This document shows positions 37,476-46,033 of a stretch of DNA of 64,000 nucleotides, piece by piece. Source of the DNA: Occultella glacieicola (GTDB lineage Bacteria > Actinomycetota > Actinomycetes > Actinomycetales > Beutenbergiaceae); NCBI RefSeq assembly GCF_004353825.1, contig NZ_SMNA01000006.1, positions 372,001-436,000 on the forward strand, written 5' to 3'. Below the pieces are notes generated by a model. That model saw only the letters and a program-made list of their open reading frames with translations. It was not told where the DNA came from and did no database searches. How positions within the stretch are numbered: the stretch's first letter is position 1; each line of letters opens with the position of its first letter. A program made the position numbers and the translations under genes.

Positions 37476-38368
37476 CCAGCACCGAGCTACGAGAGACCGC
37501 CGGACGTTCCGAGTTGGTGATCGAGCGCCGGTACCCGCACCCGATCGAGCGGGTCTGGCGGGCCGTCACCGAGCCCGAGCACCTGCGGCAGTGGTTCCCG
37601 AGCGCGGTCGAACTGGACCTGCGCCCGGGTGGGGCCATGCGCTTCGTGGACTTCGCCGGCAGCCCCGCCGAGCACGGACGGATCCTCGAGTGCGAGGCAC
37701 CACACCTGCTCCGGTTCACCTGGGGCGACGAGGCGATGTCGTGGCACCTCACTGCGGACGCCGACGGCACCGTGCTCACCCTGACCCACACCTTCGACGA
37801 CCGGCCCGGGGCCGCGAGTTACGCCACGGGGTGGGAGGCCTGCCTGGGCGCACTGCGCGCGGTGGTCAAGGGCGAGGAGCCCGAGGACGTCGGGCCACGG
37901 CCGGCACGCCACGAGGAACTCGTCCACGCCTTCGGGCTGGACCGGCCCACGATCAGCCGCGGCTCCGACGGCTGGACGATCCGCTTCGAGCGTCAGTTGG
38001 TGTGCAGCGCGCAGACGGCCTGGCTCCTCTTCCTCGGTGGCGACCCGGCCGGCGGCCCGCGGCCCACCCCGCCCGCGGTCGGAACGCACTTCCACGCCCC
38101 GCAGGCCCCCGAGGCCTCCCTCGGCCTGGTCACGGCGATGGAACCGGCCCGGCTGCTCGCCCTCGAGGTCGGCCCCGGCGAGCCGGGCGAGGCGCTCACG
38201 CTGGAACTGACCGACGGCACCGGCCACGGCGCCCGGCTACACCTCACGGTCAACGGAACCGATGACGCCGAGGTCGCGGCCGCCGTCGAGCAATGGGGCC
38301 TCGGTGCGGTCGAGTCGATCGCCCGGGAGGCTCTCGTGCTCGCCGGCGATGGGACGGCCGCGGCCTGA
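37472..38368 (+). CDS. Tandem SRPBCC (Aha1/START-like) domain protein
   Basis: ERRYPHPIERVWRAVTEPEHLRQWF, DLRPGG, ATGW; second degenerate repeat RFERQL; ATGA coupling. Confidence 0.85.
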   Translation: MTSTELRETAGRSELVIERRYPHPIERVWRAVTEPEHLRQWFPSAVELDLRPGGAMRFVDFAGSPAEHGRILECEAPHLLRFTWGDEAMSWHLTADADGTVLTLTHTFDDRPGAASYATGWEACLGALRAVVKGEEPEDVGPRPARHEELVHAFGLDRPTISRGSDGWTIRFERQLVCSAQTAWLLFLGGDPAGGPRPTPPAVGTHFHAPQAPEASLGLVTAMEPARLLALEVGPGEPGEALTLELTDGTGHGARLHLTVNGTDDAEVAAAVEQWGLGAVESIAREALVLAGDGTAAA

Positions 38369-38371
38369 GAG

Positions 38372-38983
38372 TTAGTCGGTGGCCGCCCGGCTCGCGATCC
38401 CGTGCAGGGCCTGGTCGAGCAGGCGTGGCACGAGCGTCTCGTCGAACGGCACTCGGAGCACCAGCATCCGGTGATACACGGCGCCCCAGAGCTGGTCGAC
38501 GATCACGTCCAGGTCGACGCCTTCGCGCAATTCGCCCCGGTCCCGGGCGATGCGCAGCCGGACCCGGGCGAGCTCGCGACGCGGCAGCGCGTAGGCCTCC
38601 GACCACGCACGCCCCAGTTCGGGGTCCACCTGGGCCGCACCGATGAGTTCGGAGACCGGCCTCCCGGCACCCTCGACCGTGAGCAGCCGCACGAACGCGG
38701 TCAGTTGCGCGGTGAGGTCAGCCTCCAGATCGCCGGTGTCATGGAAGTCGAGCGCCTCCTGGCTGCCGGCGAAGTACGCCTCGGCCGCGAGCGCGCCGGG
38801 CGAGGGCCACCACTTGTACAGGGTCATCTTGCTCGACCCCGCCTCCCGGGCGACCCGGTCGAAGGTGACCGCCGGCAGGCCCTCCTCGAGGAGCACGCGA
38901 CCGGCCGCCGCGAGGACGCTGGCGCGCACCTCGGCGGCGGGACGGCGCCCGCGGCCGCGGCGCGGTGTCTCGGATCCCGTCAT
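38372..38983 (-). CDS. TetR/AcrR-family regulator
   Basis: RGRGRRP...VLAAA..VTFDRVAREAGSSKMTLYKWWPS; AGGAGG RBS. Confidence 0.92.
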   Translation of the reverse strand: MTGSETPRRGRGRRPAAEVRASVLAAAGRVLLEEGLPAVTFDRVAREAGSSKMTLYKWWPSPGALAAEAYFAGSQEALDFHDTGDLEADLTAQLTAFVRLLTVEGAGRPVSELIGAAQVDPELGRAWSEAYALPRRELARVRLRIARDRGELREGVDLDVIVDQLWGAVYHRMLVLRVPFDETLVPRLLDQALHGIASRAATD

Positions 38984-39005
38984 CGTCACCCTCCTATCTG
39001 GACAC

Positions 39006-39040
39006 GATGTACATTTCCATGTCAGCATGAAATGGACATC
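39006..39040. promoter_or_regulatory. TetR operator in the divergent TetR/SDR gap
   Basis: GATGTACATTTC-N11-GAAATGGACATC, 11/12 inverted repeat. Confidence 0.7.
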
Positions 39041-39070
39041 TAGTACACATACTACCGAGAGGACGGAATC

Positions 39071-39808
39071 ATGACGGACAACCAGGGTCGGGTCGCGATC
39101 GTGACCGGCGGGTCCGGGGGTATCGGCCGGGTCAGCGCGGCCCGCCTCGCCGCGGCCAACACCGCCGTGGTGGTGCATCACGCGAGCGGCCGGGACCGTG
39201 CCGACGACGTGGTCGACTCGATCCGGGCCGAGGGCGGCCGAGCCGTCGCAGCCGGCGGCGACGTCGCCGACGAGACCGAGATGTCGGCACTCTTCGACGT
39301 CGCCGAGCGCGAGTTCGGGGGTGTCGACGTGCTGGTGCACACGGCCGGCATCATGCCGCTCGCCCCGATCACCGAGATGGACCTGGACACGTTCGACCGG
39401 ATCCAGCGCACGAACCTGCGCGGGACGTTCGTGGTCGACCAGCTCGCGGCCCGGCGACTTCGTCCGGGTGGCGCGATCATCAACCTGTCCACCTCGATCA
39501 CCAGGCTCCAGACGCCGGGCTACGGCGCCTACGCCGCCTCGAAGGGTGCTGTCGAGGCGATGACCCTGATCCTGGCCCGCGAACTGCGTGGCCGGGACCT
39601 GACCGTCAACGCGGTCGCCCCCGGACCCACCACCACTGCCCTGTTCTTCGAGGGCAAGAGCCCCGAACTGATCACCGCGATCGCCTCCGCGAACCCGATG
39701 GAGCGCCTCGGCACCCCGGACGATGTCGCCGAGATGATCGCCTTCCTGGCCGGCCCGGCACGGTGGGTCAACGGCCAGGTGCTGCACGTCAACGGCGGCG
39801 CCGCCTGA
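39071..39808 (+). CDS. Short-chain dehydrogenase/reductase
   Basis: TGGSGGIG, YAASK, VNAVAPG. Confidence 0.93.
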   Translation: MTDNQGRVAIVTGGSGGIGRVSAARLAAANTAVVVHHASGRDRADDVVDSIRAEGGRAVAAGGDVADETEMSALFDVAEREFGGVDVLVHTAGIMPLAPITEMDLDTFDRIQRTNLRGTFVVDQLAARRLRPGGAIINLSTSITRLQTPGYGAYAASKGAVEAMTLILARELRGRDLTVNAVAPGPTTTALFFEGKSPELITAIASANPMERLGTPDDVAEMIAFLAGPARWVNGQVLHVNGGAA

Positions 39809-39831
39809 AGCACGCCAACGGCGCATGGCGC

Positions 39832-39855
39832 TATCATCGTTATATGACGATGCTA
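39832..39855. promoter_or_regulatory. ArsR/CmtR-type operator overlapping the translation start
   Basis: TATCATCGT-TATATG-ACGATGCTA (8/9 IR). Confidence 0.7.
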
Positions 39856-40260
39856 GACCGGGAGGGGGACCAGAACCTCGCGCCGGACCTGGCGCCCGCG
39901 GCCGCCCTGTTCCACGGCCTGTCGGACCCCACCCGGCTGGCCATCCTGCAGCACCTGACCCTCGGCGAGCACCGGGTCCGCGACCTCACCGAACACCTGG
40001 GCCTCGCCCAGTCGACGGTGAGCGCGCACCTGGCCTGCCTGCGGGACTGTGGCCTGGTGGCCTCCCGTCCGCAGGGCCGGGCATCGATGTTCTCGCTGAG
40101 CACCTCCCCGGAGTTGCTCGGCGTGCTCGCGAGCGCCGAACGCCTGCTGGCGGCCACCGGGTACGAGGTCACTCTGCGCCCGAACTACGGCATCGGAACC
40201 AGCGCGAGCCCGAGCCCGGCACACCCGCGGGCGCACCCGAACCCGGTACCCGGACGATGA
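39844..40260 (+). CDS. ArsR/SmtB metalloregulator (CmtR-like)
   Basis: LFHGLSDPTRL; STVSAHLACLRDCGLV. Confidence 0.9.
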   Translation: MTMLDREGDQNLAPDLAPAAALFHGLSDPTRLAILQHLTLGEHRVRDLTEHLGLAQSTVSAHLACLRDCGLVASRPQGRASMFSLSTSPELLGVLASAERLLAATGYEVTLRPNYGIGTSASPSPAHPRAHPNPVPGR

Positions 40261-41177
40261 CCTCGCACGGTCACTCCCACGCACACCCGCCGACCACCCA
40301 CCGCGGTCGGCTGGCGATCGCGTTCACGATCACGGCGACGATCCTGCTCACCCAGGTGGTCGGTGCCCTGATCACGGGCAGTCTCGCCCTCCTGGTCGAC
40401 GCCGGCCACATGGTCACGGACGCGGGCGGGCTGCTCATGGCCCTGCTGGCCGCGAGCCTGATGGCGCGGCCGGCCACCGCCCGGCTCACCTGGGGATGGC
40501 GGCGCATCGAGATCCTCGCGGCCGGGATGCAGGCCGCACTCCTGTTCGTGGTCGGCGTCTACGCCCTGATCGAGGGAGTGCGGCGGCTGCTCGAACCACC
40601 GGAGATCGCCGCCACCGGCACCCTCGTCTTCGGCATCATCGGGCTTGCCGGGAACATCGCGGCGATGCTCGTGCTGAGCGCCGGCCGGAACGCGAACCTG
40701 AACCTGCGCGCGGCCTTCCTCGAGGTCGTCAACGACGCCCTCGGCTCGGTCGCCGTGATCGTCAGTGCCCTGATCATCACCTTCACCGGGTGGGCCCGGG
40801 CCGACGCGGTCGCCGGCATCGTGATCGCCATCCTGATCGCACCGCGCGCCCTGGCCGTGCTGCGCATCGCCGGCCGGGTGCTGCTCGAGACCACTCCCGA
40901 GGGCCTCGACCTCGACGACGTGCGCGACCACCTCCTCGCCCAGCCGCACGTCAGAGGCGTACACGACCTGCACGCCTCGCAGATCGCCACCGGCCTGCCC
41001 GTCCTCACCGCGCACATCGTGCTGGACGACGAGTGCTTCCACGACGGGCACGCACCGCGCATCCTTGACGACCTGCAGGCCTGCGTCGCCGAACACTTCG
41101 ACGTCGGCGTCCAACACTCCACGTTCCAGCTCGAACCCTCGACCCACGTCGGACATGAGCACGGGATGCACGACTGA
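40257..41177 (+). CDS. czcD: Cation diffusion facilitator (CzcD/ZitB-like)
   Basis: His-rich N terminus, GSLALLVDAGHMVTD, NLRAAFLEVVNDALGS, VHDLH, HSTFQLE. Confidence 0.9.
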   Translation: MTSHGHSHAHPPTTHRGRLAIAFTITATILLTQVVGALITGSLALLVDAGHMVTDAGGLLMALLAASLMARPATARLTWGWRRIEILAAGMQAALLFVVGVYALIEGVRRLLEPPEIAATGTLVFGIIGLAGNIAAMLVLSAGRNANLNLRAAFLEVVNDALGSVAVIVSALIITFTGWARADAVAGIVIAILIAPRALAVLRIAGRVLLETTPEGLDLDDVRDHLLAQPHVRGVHDLHASQIATGLPVLTAHIVLDDECFHDGHAPRILDDLQACVAEHFDVGVQHSTFQLEPSTHVGHEHGMHD

Positions 41178-41243
41178 CGCGACGCCGTGACCGGCCCGGA
41201 TCTCCCGCGAGCGGGGCGAACGTCCCGGCCGCAGACTATGCGC

Positions 41244-42344
41244 ATGCGAACCGTTGGTGTGGAAGAGGAACTGCTGCTCGTCGATGGCGAGACGGGCGTG
41301 GCACGAGCGCTCGCGCCGCGGGTGCTGCGGCCGTTCGACGAGCCCGACGAGGATGCTGAGGGCGGCTCGCTGGTCGCCGAACTCCAGCGCGAGCAGGTCG
41401 AGACGGACACCCCGCCCCGGATCGAGATGGCGGACCTGCTGACGGACCTGACGTCGTGGCGGCACACCGCGGACCGCGCGGCCCGGGCCGCCGGTGCCCG
41501 GGTGGCCGCGCTCGCCATCTCACCGTTGCCCGTGCGGCCCACCACGGCCCCGAAGGCCCGGTACGCGCAGATGGTGGAACGGTTCGGGATGTCGGCCTCC
41601 GACCTGCTCATCTGCGGCCAGCACGTGCACGTCCGGATCGACTCGGAGGACGAGGCAGTCGCCGTCCTGGACCGGCTCAGGGTGTGGCTGCCGACCCTGC
41701 TCGCGCTGAGCGCGAACTCGCCGTTCGCGGACGGGCGGGACACCTCGTACGCGAGCTATCGCAGCCAGTCGCTGACGCGTTGGCCGTTGTCCGGGCCGAC
41801 CGACGTGCACGGCTCGGCCGCGGCCCACGAGCAGATGATCACCGACGCGCTGGCCACCGAGGTGCTGCTCGACGCCGGGATGCTGTACTTCGACGCCCGG
41901 GCCTCCCGCCGCTTCCCCACCGTCGAGGTGCGCGTCACCGACATCTGCCAGGACGTGGCCGACGCCGTGCTGATCGCGGCCCTGATCCGCGGGCTCGTGG
42001 AGACCGCTGCCCGGGACTGGGCGGCCGGCACGCCGCCCCCGGATGTGCCGACCCGGATGATCCGGCTGGCGAACTGGCAGGCGGCCCGGCACGGGATGGC
42101 GCAGAACCTCCTCGAGCCGGTCACCTCGCGTCCGCGGCCGGCCGGGGAGGTTGTGACCGCCCTGGTGGAGCACGTGCGGCCGGCACTGACGGACAGTGGC
42201 GATCTCGACCTCGTACTCGAGGGCGTGGCGCGGATCGGTTCCCGTGGCACGGGAGCGGACCTGCAGCGGCGCACTCTGGAGCGCACCGGCGACCTCGCCG
42301 AGGTGGTGGCCGCGGCCGCCCGCCGCACGATCGGACACGAATGA
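41244..42344 (+). CDS. YbdK-like carboxylate-amine ligase (glutamate--cysteine ligase 2 family)
   Basis: TVGVEEELLL, CGQHVHV, LALSANSPF, SYR, YFDAR, PTVEVRVTD. Confidence 0.92.
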   Translation: MRTVGVEEELLLVDGETGVARALAPRVLRPFDEPDEDAEGGSLVAELQREQVETDTPPRIEMADLLTDLTSWRHTADRAARAAGARVAALAISPLPVRPTTAPKARYAQMVERFGMSASDLLICGQHVHVRIDSEDEAVAVLDRLRVWLPTLLALSANSPFADGRDTSYASYRSQSLTRWPLSGPTDVHGSAAAHEQMITDALATEVLLDAGMLYFDARASRRFPTVEVRVTDICQDVADAVLIAALIRGLVETAARDWAAGTPPPDVPTRMIRLANWQAARHGMAQNLLEPVTSRPRPAGEVVTALVEHVRPALTDSGDLDLVLEGVARIGSRGTGADLQRRTLERTGDLAEVVAAAARRTIGHE

Positions 42345-43378
42345 GCGGCCGGTTACACCGCGTCGACGTCGATGCGCCGGGCTGGGGCCGCCGGCGGTGC
42401 GGACGCGGCTGGGTCTACCTGGACACCGATGGCGTCCGCATCGCGGCGGCCGGCGTGATCGCCCGGTGCCGCGACCTGATGATCCCGCCCGCCTGGCAGG
42501 AGGTCTGGATCTGCCCCGACGAGACCGGACATATCCAGGCCGTCGGCACCGACGCGGCCGGCCGGCGTCAGTACCTCTACCACCCGTTGTGGCGGGCCCG
42601 ACAGGATGCCCGCAAGCACATCCGGGTCCGGGAGATCGCCGCGCGGCTGCCGCGGGCGCGCCGGGCCGCGCGGATCGACCTACGCCACACCGGCATGCCC
42701 CGGGACCGCGCACTGGCCGTCGCCTTCCTGCTCCTGGACCAGGGCCTGTTCCGGATCGGGAGCGAGGCGTACACGGCGCAGCACGGCAGCTTCGGACTCG
42801 CCACCCTGCGCAAGCGACACCTGCGCATCACGACGGCGGGAGTCGCCGTCTTCGACTACGTGGCCAAGTCCGGGGTACCGCGGCGGGTCGAGATCACCCA
42901 CACCGAGGTGGTCGAGGCGCTGCGGTTGCTGCGGCGCCGACGCGGCGGCGGGCCCGAGTTGCTCGCCTATCGCGAGGGCTCTCCGACGCGCGGTCCGTGG
43001 CACGACCTGACCAGTGTCGACATCGGCGCCTACGTGAAGCGACGGCTCGGCGAGGACGCGAGCGCCAAGGACTTCCGCACCTGGCACGGTACGGTCCTGG
43101 CCGCCGTCACCCTCGCCCGCGGCGCGGACGACACGGGCGAGGCGGCGCCCGAGGACGCAGTGCGCGAGGCCGTGTCGGCCGTGGCCGAGCGGCTCGGCAA
43201 CACACCGGCTGTGAGCCGCTCCGCCTACATCGATCCCCAGGTGCTCTCCGCGTTCGAGGAGGAGCCGGTCATCGCGACACTCCCGATACCGGGGGCCGGG
43301 GAGCCGGTCATCCCCCAGCCGCCCCGGGTCGAGACGGCCGTTCGCGAGATGCTGGAGGCCGACGACCCTACGTCCTGA
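42341..43378 (+). CDS. Bacterial DNA topoisomerase IB
   Basis: IPPAW..VWI, GHIQAVG.DAAGRRQYLYH, FRIG, KSG, KDFRTW, LGNTPAVSRSAYIDP (catalytic Tyr); ATGA overlap with upstream ligase. Confidence 0.95.
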   Translation: MSGRLHRVDVDAPGWGRRRCGRGWVYLDTDGVRIAAAGVIARCRDLMIPPAWQEVWICPDETGHIQAVGTDAAGRRQYLYHPLWRARQDARKHIRVREIAARLPRARRAARIDLRHTGMPRDRALAVAFLLLDQGLFRIGSEAYTAQHGSFGLATLRKRHLRITTAGVAVFDYVAKSGVPRRVEITHTEVVEALRLLRRRRGGGPELLAYREGSPTRGPWHDLTSVDIGAYVKRRLGEDASAKDFRTWHGTVLAAVTLARGADDTGEAAPEDAVREAVSAVAERLGNTPAVSRSAYIDPQVLSAFEEEPVIATLPIPGAGEPVIPQPPRVETAVREMLEADDPTS

Positions 43379-43463
43379 GCCTTCCGAGTGCGTACTTCCG
43401 ACACCTGACTTAGCGTGGAGTCAGCGCGGAACCACATCCGGTTCCGGCGAGAGGAGAGCCGAC

Positions 43464-43634
43464 ATGGGCATCGACGACAAGATCAAGAACGCCGCCGAAG
43501 AGGCGAAGGGCAAGGCCAAGGAGGCCGTCGGCGACGCGACGGACAACGAGCGGATGCAGGCCGAGGGGAACGCCGAGCAGGCCAAGGCGAACGCCAAGCA
43601 GGCCGGCGAGAACGTCAAGGACGCGTTCAAGTAG
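43464..43634 (+). CDS. csbD: CsbD-family stress protein (56 aa, absent from the ORF track)
   Basis: GAGGAG RBS; MGIDDKIKNAAEEAKGKAKEAVGDATDNERMQAEGNAEQAKANAKQAGENVKDAFK. Confidence 0.93.
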   Translation: MGIDDKIKNAAEEAKGKAKEAVGDATDNERMQAEGNAEQAKANAKQAGENVKDAFK

Positions 43635-44052
43635 GCCGCACTGCCGACCGTGGAGCGGGACTCCCCGGCTCGCGGGACGTGGGACCGGGCTCGTCGTGGA
43701 CCTCCACGGCGTGCTCGGTCTCCACTATTTCCACCACCTCGACGAGTTGCGAGACCTCGAGAAGGAAGAGCACGAAACCGGGCGGATCGACGATCCGCAA
43801 CGGAGTCGGCAGTCGGTAGGCCAAGCGAGCCACGATCGCCAGCACGGCGGAGTCCATGAACGTGACCTCGCCCACGTGGAGCTCGACCGGCTTGCTCGTG
43901 GCGCCGATCTCCTCGGCGACGTCGGCGAGCCGACGGTTCATCGTGATGTCGACCTCACCGCGCAACCTGAGCCGAATGGTCGGGCCCGCTTCGTGCACCT
44001 CGACCGAGCCCAGGATCGCTCCGGTCCCACCGCCCACACCAGAACCCGCCAA
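43627..44052 (-). CDS. STAS-domain anti-sigma-factor antagonist
   Basis: LRLRGEVDI, VTFMDSAVL with phosphorylatable Ser; start uncertain. Confidence 0.8.
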   Translation of the reverse strand: MAGSGVGGGTGAILGSVEVHEAGPTIRLRLRGEVDITMNRRLADVAEEIGATSKPVELHVGEVTFMDSAVLAIVARLAYRLPTPLRIVDPPGFVLFLLEVSQLVEVVEIVETEHAVEVHDEPGPTSREPGSPAPRSAVRPT

Positions 44053-44191
44053 TGTCCTACCGCCGATCGCCTAGATCCATGGCGTCACCGGGGTCAGGAG
44101 CAACGTCGGCCTCGCGACGAGGCCTCGCGCAGACTTTACGCCGCGGACGGCACTCACAACAACAAGCCACCGACAGAGAGGTCGTGACGAC

Positions 44192-44890
44192 ATGTATGAC
44201 CACACCGAGTTCGTCCGGACCACCTCCGACTTCGCTCGCAAACTCGTCAGGCCGTACGACGTCTATGACGTCGTCAGCGACCTCGTGGAGCGACTCACGG
44301 ACCTCCTGGGGCTGGCGGGCAGCGGCGTCTCGGTGGAGGTGGACGGGCGGCTGCGTGCCATCACCACGATCCCGGAGCAACTCGTCGCGCTCGAGCGGGC
44401 CCAGGAGGAGACGCAAGTGGGCCCGTGCGTCGACGCCTTCGCCACGGGTGAGATCGTCGTCGTCAACGATTTGGAGGCCGAGGTGAGGTGGCCACTGTAC
44501 CGGGAGCAAGCCGGACGGATCGGAGTCCGGTCCGTCGTCGGGATCCCGATGCACCTGGGCGAGCAGCCCGTGGGTGCCCTCAACCTCTATGAGGAGGGTC
44601 CACGCTACTGGGCGGACGACGACCTCCTGGCCGCCAGGGTCCTGGCCGATCTGGCCACCGGATTTCTGATCAACGCGTCCCTGTTCGCCAAGCAGGATCT
44701 GCTCACCGGCCAGCTCCAGTATGCGCTCGAGAGCAGGATCATCATCGAGCAGGCGAAGGGGGTGATCGCGGAGGCCCGCGACCTGCCGGTGGCGGAGGCC
44801 TTCGAGGTGATGCGCGCCCACGCGCGAGCCCGCAACCTGCGGATGAACGAGGTCGCACGGGCGGTCGTGGAGGACGGACTGCGGCCCTAG
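44192..44890 (+). CDS. GAF and ANTAR domain protein
   Basis: GPCVDAF.TG, GALNLY; QLQYALESRIIIEQAKGVIA...EAFEVMRAHAR. Confidence 0.92.
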   Translation: MYDHTEFVRTTSDFARKLVRPYDVYDVVSDLVERLTDLLGLAGSGVSVEVDGRLRAITTIPEQLVALERAQEETQVGPCVDAFATGEIVVVNDLEAEVRWPLYREQAGRIGVRSVVGIPMHLGEQPVGALNLYEEGPRYWADDDLLAARVLADLATGFLINASLFAKQDLLTGQLQYALESRIIIEQAKGVIAEARDLPVAEAFEVMRAHARARNLRMNEVARAVVEDGLRP

Positions 44891-44904
44891 CCGAACCACG
44901 GTTA

Positions 44905-44934
44905 CTTGAGTCCTTCACGATATCGACCTACCGT
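44905..44934 (+). promoter_or_regulatory. Leaderless fur promoter with Fur-type box
   Basis: TTGAGT-N17-TACCGT, 7 nt before GTG 44942; box CTTGAGTCCTTCACGATA (44905-44922). Confidence 0.7.
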
Positions 44935-44941
44935 GGTCCGG

Positions 44942-45358
44942 GTGAGCACGGCCACGGGGATCTCGGACGTCGAGTTGCTGCGCGCCCACGGATTGCGCGC
45001 GACCTCCGGGCGTCTTGCCATCCTCACCGTCCTCGACAGCTCGCCGCACGTGGACGCGGAGTCGGTGCGCCGGTTGCTCGGCGCGCAGGCCCCCAGCCTG
45101 CAGGCGGTGCACAACATCCTCGCCGACCTGCAACGGGCCGGCCTGGTCCGCAGGTTCGAGCCGGCCCGATCCGCCGCCCGCTACGAACGCCACGCCGGCG
45201 ACAACCACCACCACGCCGTCTGCTCGGTGTGCGGGAAGGTGACCGACGTGGCCTGCACCACGGGGAGGTCACCCTGCCTGCACGGTCCGACGCCGCCCGG
45301 CTTCGCCGTCGCCACCGCCGAGGTCATCTTCTGGGGAACGTGCGCGGACTGCGTCTGA
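44942..45358 (+). CDS. Fur-family regulator (FurA/PerR-like)
   Basis: GLRATSGR, SPH.DA, DNHHHAVCSVCG, FWGTCADC. Confidence 0.92.
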   Translation: MSTATGISDVELLRAHGLRATSGRLAILTVLDSSPHVDAESVRRLLGAQAPSLQAVHNILADLQRAGLVRRFEPARSAARYERHAGDNHHHAVCSVCGKVTDVACTTGRSPCLHGPTPPGFAVATAEVIFWGTCADCV

Positions 45359-45431
45359 ACGCCTCGATCGCACCGTGGCGGGCAGGATGAAGGCACGCCT
45401 CTCCTTGCTGGCGTACGGCGCCCGACCGGCC

Positions 45432-45453
45432 TAATCTGGAGTCGTTCACGAAA
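45432..45453 (+). promoter_or_regulatory. Fur-type box over the dps -10
   Basis: TAATCT (45432-45437) overlapped by CTGGAGTCGTTCACGAAA, 15/18 identical to the box in front of fur. Confidence 0.7.
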
Positions 45454-45497
45454 CGGCAAGCAGCAGGCCGCCCGACGGCCAGAAGGGCAGGATCTCC

Positions 45498-45959
45498 ATG
45501 ACCACCGTCACCACCGCCTCCGAGAAGCTCCGCGCCAACCTCCAGCGGGTCCTGGTCAATCTCGTCGACCTGCACGTGCTGGGCAAGCAGGCCCACTGGA
45601 ACGTGACCGGCCGCGGTTTCCGGGACCTCCACCTGCAGCTCGACGAACTCGTCGATGTCGCCCGGGAGCACAGCGACGTGGTCGCCGAGCGCATGCGGGC
45701 GTTGCAGGTCGTGCCGGACGGGCGCAGCGAGACGGTCGCCGCAACCACCGAACTGAGCTCCTACCCGGCGGCCCTGGTCGCGGTCGGCGACACGGTGGAC
45801 GCGATCGTCGAGCGGATCGCCCAGACCGTGGCCGTCGCCCGTGAGGTGCACGACGACGTCGACGCCGAGGACCCGACGACGGCGGACATCCTCCATGAGA
45901 TCATCGCCGACCTTGAGAAGCAGGCCTGGATGATCCGCTCGGAGAACCACGAGGTCTGA
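45498..45959 (+). CDS. dps: Dps DNA starvation/stationary-phase protection protein
   Basis: KQAHWNVTG.GFRDLHLQLDE, D..AERM, LEKQAWM. Confidence 0.95.
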   Translation: MTTVTTASEKLRANLQRVLVNLVDLHVLGKQAHWNVTGRGFRDLHLQLDELVDVAREHSDVVAERMRALQVVPDGRSETVAATTELSSYPAALVAVGDTVDAIVERIAQTVAVAREVHDDVDAEDPTTADILHEIIADLEKQAWMIRSENHEV

Positions 45960-45976
45960 CCAACAGCTGTCACGCG

Positions 45977-46009
45977 AACGCCCGGTCCGCTCCACGCGGA
46001 CCGGGCGTT
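45977..46009. terminator. Rho-independent terminator
   Basis: AACGCCCGGTCCGC-tccac-GCGGACCGGGCGTT(T). Confidence 0.8.
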
Positions 46010-46033
46010 TCGTCGGGTCCTGAGGCGCGGGCC

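Noticed and set aside
42341..43378. Tyrosine recombinase/integrase marking a mobile island
   Set aside because: The N-terminal IPPAW/GHIQA/QYLYH motifs are specific to TopIB; no att repeats or tRNA nearby
43405..43463. Three hairpins in the csbD leader as an ANTAR target
   Set aside because: The hexaloop ACATCC lacks G4, the other loops are the wrong size, and the first hairpin overlaps the presumed -10
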